From positions 500,279-564,278 of the forward strand of contig CAWGNN010000009.1 in the NCBI GenBank assembly GCA_963824105.1: a DNA stretch of 64,000 nucleotides. Reading direction: 5' to 3'. Both the position numbers and the translations under genes were made by a program. How positions within the stretch are numbered: position 1 is the stretch's first letter; each line of letters opens with the position of its first letter. The notes below the pieces were generated by a model. It did not search any database. It had not been told where the DNA came from and saw only the letters and a program-made list of their open reading frames with translations. This DNA comes from an uncultured Actinomycetota bacterium. Lineage in GTDB: Bacteria; Actinomycetota; Actinomycetes; Propionibacteriales; Nocardioidaceae. This document shows positions 61,017 through 64,000 of the stretch, piece after piece.

Positions 61017-61060
61017 GTGGAGTTCCGCTTCAACGCGTGGGTCTTCTGCTGGGACGTCCG
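61017..61060 (+). repeat. cassette boundary repeat R6 (ychF-terminus type)
   Basis: GTGGAGTTCCGCTTCAACGCGTGGGTCTTCTGCTGGGACGTCCG begins with VEFRFNA, versus resident VEFRFNV*. Confidence 0.75.
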
Positions 61061-61104
61061 GTCGCCTAGCCTCACTGGGTCAGATCCACAGAAAGGCCGG
61101 TCCG

Positions 61105-61446
61105 ATGAGCGATGAACAGGTGCCGGAGACCAGAGGTGTCGAGGCAGAGTTGTTGGCCGCGATTGACCTCGGCCCCGAGATCGAGGGTATGGACGGCTTC
61201 CAGCTTCGGATGCGGAGGTTCACGTTCGCGCCGGGCGCGGTATTCGGCCCTCTCCACGACCACGCCGGCAGACCGGGAACGGTCTTTGTGCTGCAGGGGA
61301 CGATCACCGACCATCGGGACGGGATCGCCACGGACTACGGTCCGGGCCTGGGCTGGCCCGAGGACCGGAACACCGTCCATTGGCTCGAGAACCGTGGGTC
61401 GGTTTCTGCGGTGGAGATCTCGGTCGACGTCCTCGGGCAGCAGTAA
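61105..61446 (+). CDS. cupin domain protein
   Basis: 113 aa, GPLHDH...G...H.LEN cupin motifs. Confidence 0.7.
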   Translation: MSDEQVPETRGVEAELLAAIDLGPEIEGMDGFQLRMRRFTFAPGAVFGPLHDHAGRPGTVFVLQGTITDHRDGIATDYGPGLGWPEDRNTVHWLENRGSVSAVEISVDVLGQQ

Positions 61447-61505
61447 GCGCTGCCCGAGAACCTCCCGTTTCCTGGTGTGACGCTCCTTCACAACACCATT
61501 CGGCG

Positions 61506-61552
61506 GAGGTCCGCCTCAACGCTTTGTGTCGGCGCCCAAGAAGTAGGTCAGG
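61506..61552 (+). repeat. degenerate cassette boundary repeat R6b
   Basis: GAGGTCCGCCTCAACGCTTTGTGTCGGCGCCCAAGAAGTAGGTCAGG keeps the (T)CCGC(T)TCAACGC and AAGAAGTAG blocks. Confidence 0.5.
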
Positions 61553-61561
61553 GCCGGCGGC

Positions 61562-61876
61562 TTAGCCGGCCACGCGCTGCTTGAGGGCATGGAGCAGGTC
61601 CTGAAGCGCTGGGACGTTCCGCAGACCATCTGGGGTCTGATACACCCGGCATGCCAGCGAGCCCTGGGTCCCAGTGGTTTGGAAGAGATCGGCTCCGTCG
61701 ACGACGAACGCCGGCGATCCCCCGAACCCCCGGGCCCGTGCCGCGTCCTCGGTTTCGATGACCCCCACGGTGAAGGTCGCGTCCGTGAGCCCGACGTCGT
61801 CCAGCGCGACGCGGAGCAGCTCCGAGGCATCCTCGGCGCCGGGGCACCCCGGGATCACCAGTAGTTGAATGTCCAC
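61562..61876 (-). CDS. thioredoxin/glutaredoxin-fold small protein (monothiol CPGA motif)
   Basis: IQLLVIPGCPGAE...FGGSPAFVVDG pattern of the thioredoxin-like family. GTG start. Confidence 0.6.
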   Translation of the reverse strand: MDIQLLVIPGCPGAEDASELLRVALDDVGLTDATFTVGVIETEDAARARGFGGSPAFVVDGADLFQTTGTQGSLACRVYQTPDGLRNVPALQDLLHALKQRVAG

Positions 61877-61942
61877 GCTGCCATCGTGACCCGCGAGTCA
61901 ATGTCTTGAGGTCGGGCGGGTATAGGGAACCGGTGGCGACGA

Positions 61943-61995
61943 ATTCGAGTTCGGTCCGGGCACCGACTTCGGGGAAGACGTAGCCTCTCGCCTGA
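61943..61995 (+). repeat. cassette boundary repeat R7
   Basis: ATTCGAGTTCGGTCCGGGCACCGACTTCGGGGAAGACGTAGCCTCTCGCCTGA. Confidence 0.7.
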
Positions 61996-62040
61996 CAGCA
62001 CCACGCTCGATTGAGAGCGTGGACCGTCCAAGGGGAGTGC

Positions 62041-62553
62041 GTGAGTCAGCAGCAGATCGTCGTCATGGGCGTCTCGGGCAGTGGCAAGTCGACGACTGGC
62101 GAGAGGCTTGCGCGGGCTCTGGGATGGTCGTTCGCCGAGGGGGACGACTTCCACCCCGAGGAGAACGTGCGCAAGATGGCAGAGGGCCGTGCCTTGACCG
62201 ACGAGGATCGATGGCCCTGGTTGTTGGCAATCCGTGCCTGGATGACGAGGGAAGATCTTGCTGGCCGCGACAGCGTTGTCTCCTGCTCGGCGTTGAGACG
62301 TGCCTACCGAGACGTGTTGCGGCAGGGGCCGAGTCGTGTGACGTTCGCCTATCTCGAAGTTTCCGAGGAGGCTCTCAGAGCTCGTCTCGCTGGGCGCACC
62401 GGGCACTTCATGCCGGAATCGTTGCTCGACTCTCAGCTGAACACTCTCGAAGTCCCCGGGGAGGACGAGGGTGCCGTGGTCGTGAACGGAAACCAGACAC
62501 CAGCGGAGATCGTCGCGGACATCCTGTCCGCGTTGCACCAGCAAGAAGCCTGA
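62041..62553 (+). CDS. gntK: gluconokinase (GntK/IdnK family)
   Basis: VVMGVSGSGKST P-loop, FAEGDDFHPEENVRKM, LTDEDRWPWL, SCSALRRAYRD. Confidence 0.88.
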   Translation: MSQQQIVVMGVSGSGKSTTGERLARALGWSFAEGDDFHPEENVRKMAEGRALTDEDRWPWLLAIRAWMTREDLAGRDSVVSCSALRRAYRDVLRQGPSRVTFAYLEVSEEALRARLAGRTGHFMPESLLDSQLNTLEVPGEDEGAVVVNGNQTPAEIVADILSALHQQEA

Positions 62554-62784
62554 CTCCGGAAGCGACTCACGCCGGGCTGACCCCCCGCCCATGGCGAGTT
62601 CGACTCGGGCGTGGATCGCGCCGCCACCCGGGCACGAAAGCAGCCAGCTCTCCCTACGTGCTCAAGCATCGCGGCGTGGGGCACCTTGCCCGAGTCGAGA
62701 GTTGTATGCGTTTGTGTACGCCCGTCGCGGTTTCGGCTCCTCACTGAGCGTGGGCGCACGCTACCGTTCCGACATACTGACGTG

Positions 62785-63117
62785 ATGGCGCTTCCCGAGA
62801 CCGATCTCCACCGCATCCACGTCTGGGCTCGTGAGCGCGTCCCCGAGCACCTGTGGGATCAAGTCAAGGTCGAGGCTGATGTCTCCGACCGCTACGTCGA
62901 CATCGTCGAGGTGCGCCCCCCGTGGGACGGCGTCGGCCAGCACACTCGGTTCCCGATCGCACGGCTGCGCTACACGAAGTCGACCGGACTGTGGGCGATC
63001 TACTGGCGCGATCGCCACCTCAAGTTCCACGAGTACAAGCGCAAGCGCCCGACCAAGAACGTCCAGGCTCTCCTGGACCACATCGAGACCAGCGGCGATC
63101 CGATCTTCTGGGGGTAG
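62785..63117 (+). CDS. DUF3024 domain protein
   Basis: VDIVEVRPPWDG...FPIARLRYTKSTGLWAIYWRDRHLKFHEY is typical of DUF3024. Confidence 0.65.
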   Translation: MALPETDLHRIHVWARERVPEHLWDQVKVEADVSDRYVDIVEVRPPWDGVGQHTRFPIARLRYTKSTGLWAIYWRDRHLKFHEYKRKRPTKNVQALLDHIETSGDPIFWG

Positions 63118-63129
63118 TGAGCGGATTCC

Positions 63130-63140
63130 TTGACGGTCAA
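63130..63140. promoter_or_regulatory. 11-bp palindrome TTGACGGTCAA in an AT-rich stretch upstream of the wHTH-NTase gene
   Basis: Read directly. Followed by TATAAT and GGAGGA. Candidate autoregulatory operator. Confidence 0.35.
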
Positions 63141-63165
63141 TATAATGGAGGATAATCTCAGTTAT

Positions 63166-63750
63166 ATGAGAACCGAGGCACCGCTTCTCGCTCCGATCTT
63201 CCGGTCGGACGGTCAGGCGCGCCTGCTCTCCACTTTGTTGCTGACCGGCGACGAACTGAGCGTCACCGATCTGGCCAAACGGGCCGACCTGGCTTATCCG
63301 ACCGCGCACCGCGAGGTGGCGCGCCTGGTGGACGCCGGCATCCTCAGCGAGCGACAGGTGGGCCGCACAAGGTTGATCCGCGCCAACCGCGAGAGCCCGC
63401 TCGTGGACCCCTTGCGCGAGATCCTCACGGTCGCGACCGGCCCGGTCGTGCTCCTGGCCGAGGAGCTTGCCAGCCTCGACGGGATCGAGTCGGCGTTCCT
63501 CTACGGCTCCTTCGCCGCGCGGATGCTCGGGGATGCCGGTCCGGCGCCGCACGACATCGACGTCATGGTGCTCGGTGAGCCCGACGTGGACGCGATCTAC
63601 GAGGCGTGCGCCCGGATCGAGGCGGCCGTGCACCGTCCAGTGAACCCGACGATCCTCACTCCTGAGGAGTTCGCCGCGCCCTCCGCCTTCCTGGACAACG
63701 TGCGCAGCGGCCCGGCGGTCGCTGTGATCGGGGAGCTGCCGTGGCTCTGA
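63166..63750 (+). CDS. winged-helix (ArsR/MarR-like) + minimal nucleotidyltransferase (MNT-type antitoxin-like) protein
   Basis: LSVTDLAKRADLAYPTAHREVARLVDAGIL wHTH. LYGSFAAR...HDIDVMVLG matches the GS..D.D NTase motif. Confidence 0.65.
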   Translation: MRTEAPLLAPIFRSDGQARLLSTLLLTGDELSVTDLAKRADLAYPTAHREVARLVDAGILSERQVGRTRLIRANRESPLVDPLREILTVATGPVVLLAEELASLDGIESAFLYGSFAARMLGDAGPAPHDIDVMVLGEPDVDAIYEACARIEAAVHRPVNPTILTPEEFAAPSAFLDNVRSGPAVAVIGELPWL

Positions 63751-64000
63751 CTCCGCTCACCCGCGTCCAGCAGGCGACGGTCCTCGCGTTGGTAGAGGCG
63801 CGACGTCTCGATGTCGCGCCCGCGGACATCTCGCGTGCGACCTCGTTCCTGCGCCAGGCCGAGGAACGCCTGAACCAGTTGCCGCTGCTCACCAGTGTCG
63901 CCATCAGGTACGGCATTGCCTACGACGCCTGTCACGACACGGGGGAGGCGCTGCTGGCGGCGTACGGCTTCCGGACGACCAACGGGCCCGGCCAGCACGA
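63741..64000 (+). CDS. HEPN-like partner protein (N-terminal part; runs off the window)
   Basis: Not in the ORF track. GTG 63741 overlaps the upstream stop by 10 nt. Open frame VALTPLTRVQQATVLALVEARRLD...IAYDACHDTGEALLAAYGFRTTNGPGQH. The helical pattern resembles HEPN toxins paired with MNTs. Confidence 0.45.
   Translation, partial: MALTPLTRVQQATVLALVEARRLDVAPADISRATSFLRQAEERLNQLPLLTSVAIRYGIAYDACHDTGEALLAAYGFRTTNGPGQH

Noticed and set aside
56630-61995. Classical integron attC sites or XerCD dif/pdif sites as the identity of the boundary repeats
   Set aside because: I could not find the R''/R' (RYYYAAC / GTTRRRY) pairs or the extended imperfect hairpin of attC. Cassettes face both directions, and no intI is present. 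There is no obvious 11-6-11 XerC/XerD dif architecture and no alternating site orientation. So the resemblance is architectural only.
62594-62650. Possible ninth, degenerate boundary repeat after gluconokinase (GCGAGTTCGACTCGGGCGTGG...GGGCACGAAAGCAGCCAGCTCTCC)
   Set aside because: Only patchy similarity to R7. Not convincing without a statistical alignment.
63130-63146. TTGACG ... TATAAT as a sigma-70-type promoter
   Set aside because: The two hexamers are only 5 nt apart instead of about 17. It is more likely a palindromic operator next to an AT-rich stretch.

Overview
High-GC (roughly 70% by eye) actinobacterial chromosome, densely coding. The conserved backbone is syntenic with the Mycobacterium tuberculosis Rv1079-Rv1112 neighbourhood: metB, greA, DUF4307, mca, DUF255 thioredoxin-like, hemolysin-III, Z-prenyl diphosphate synthase, phoH2, fumC, glpX, DUF4245, xseBA, ispH, ychF. 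Interleaved with it are a complete biotin operon (bioB-bsaP-bioA-bioF-bioD), ilvA, modABC plus a Mop regulator, a class I fumarase, rmuC, nrtR/nadABC, xthA and a ThrE-like exporter. No rRNA, tRNA, CRISPR array, transposase or integrase was recognised. The main observation is two accretion zones built the same way. Downstream of ychF (56.2-62 kb) at least eight ~45-60 bp direct repeats each begin with a copy of the last ychF codons. They separate single-gene or toxin-antitoxin (TA) cassettes: S58 peptidase, SDR, membrane metzincin, rifampin ADP-ribosyltransferase Arr, HigBA, cupin, thioredoxin-like, gluconokinase. Downstream of msrA (5.3-9.4 kb, minus strand) three in-frame copies of the msrA 3' end, each followed by a stop codon, separate further cassettes: a BrnTA-like TA pair, a DUF998-like membrane protein and an SGNH-Ig-LRR secreted protein. 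This looks like serial, ORF-restoring, site-specific cassette capture at the 3' ends of housekeeping genes, with no recombinase visible in the window. Other points of interest: an AsnB fused to a CofE/F420-ligase-like domain followed by two paralogous lipoproteins; a CsoR-family repressor lacking the Cu-ligand His, with two CATACC..GGTATG operators and an unannotated 38-aa Cys-rich ORF; an AT-rich 24-nt-arm hairpin in front of an Orc1-like ATPase; and five TA-type modules. All calls come from reading the translations and the DNA by eye. No database search was run.
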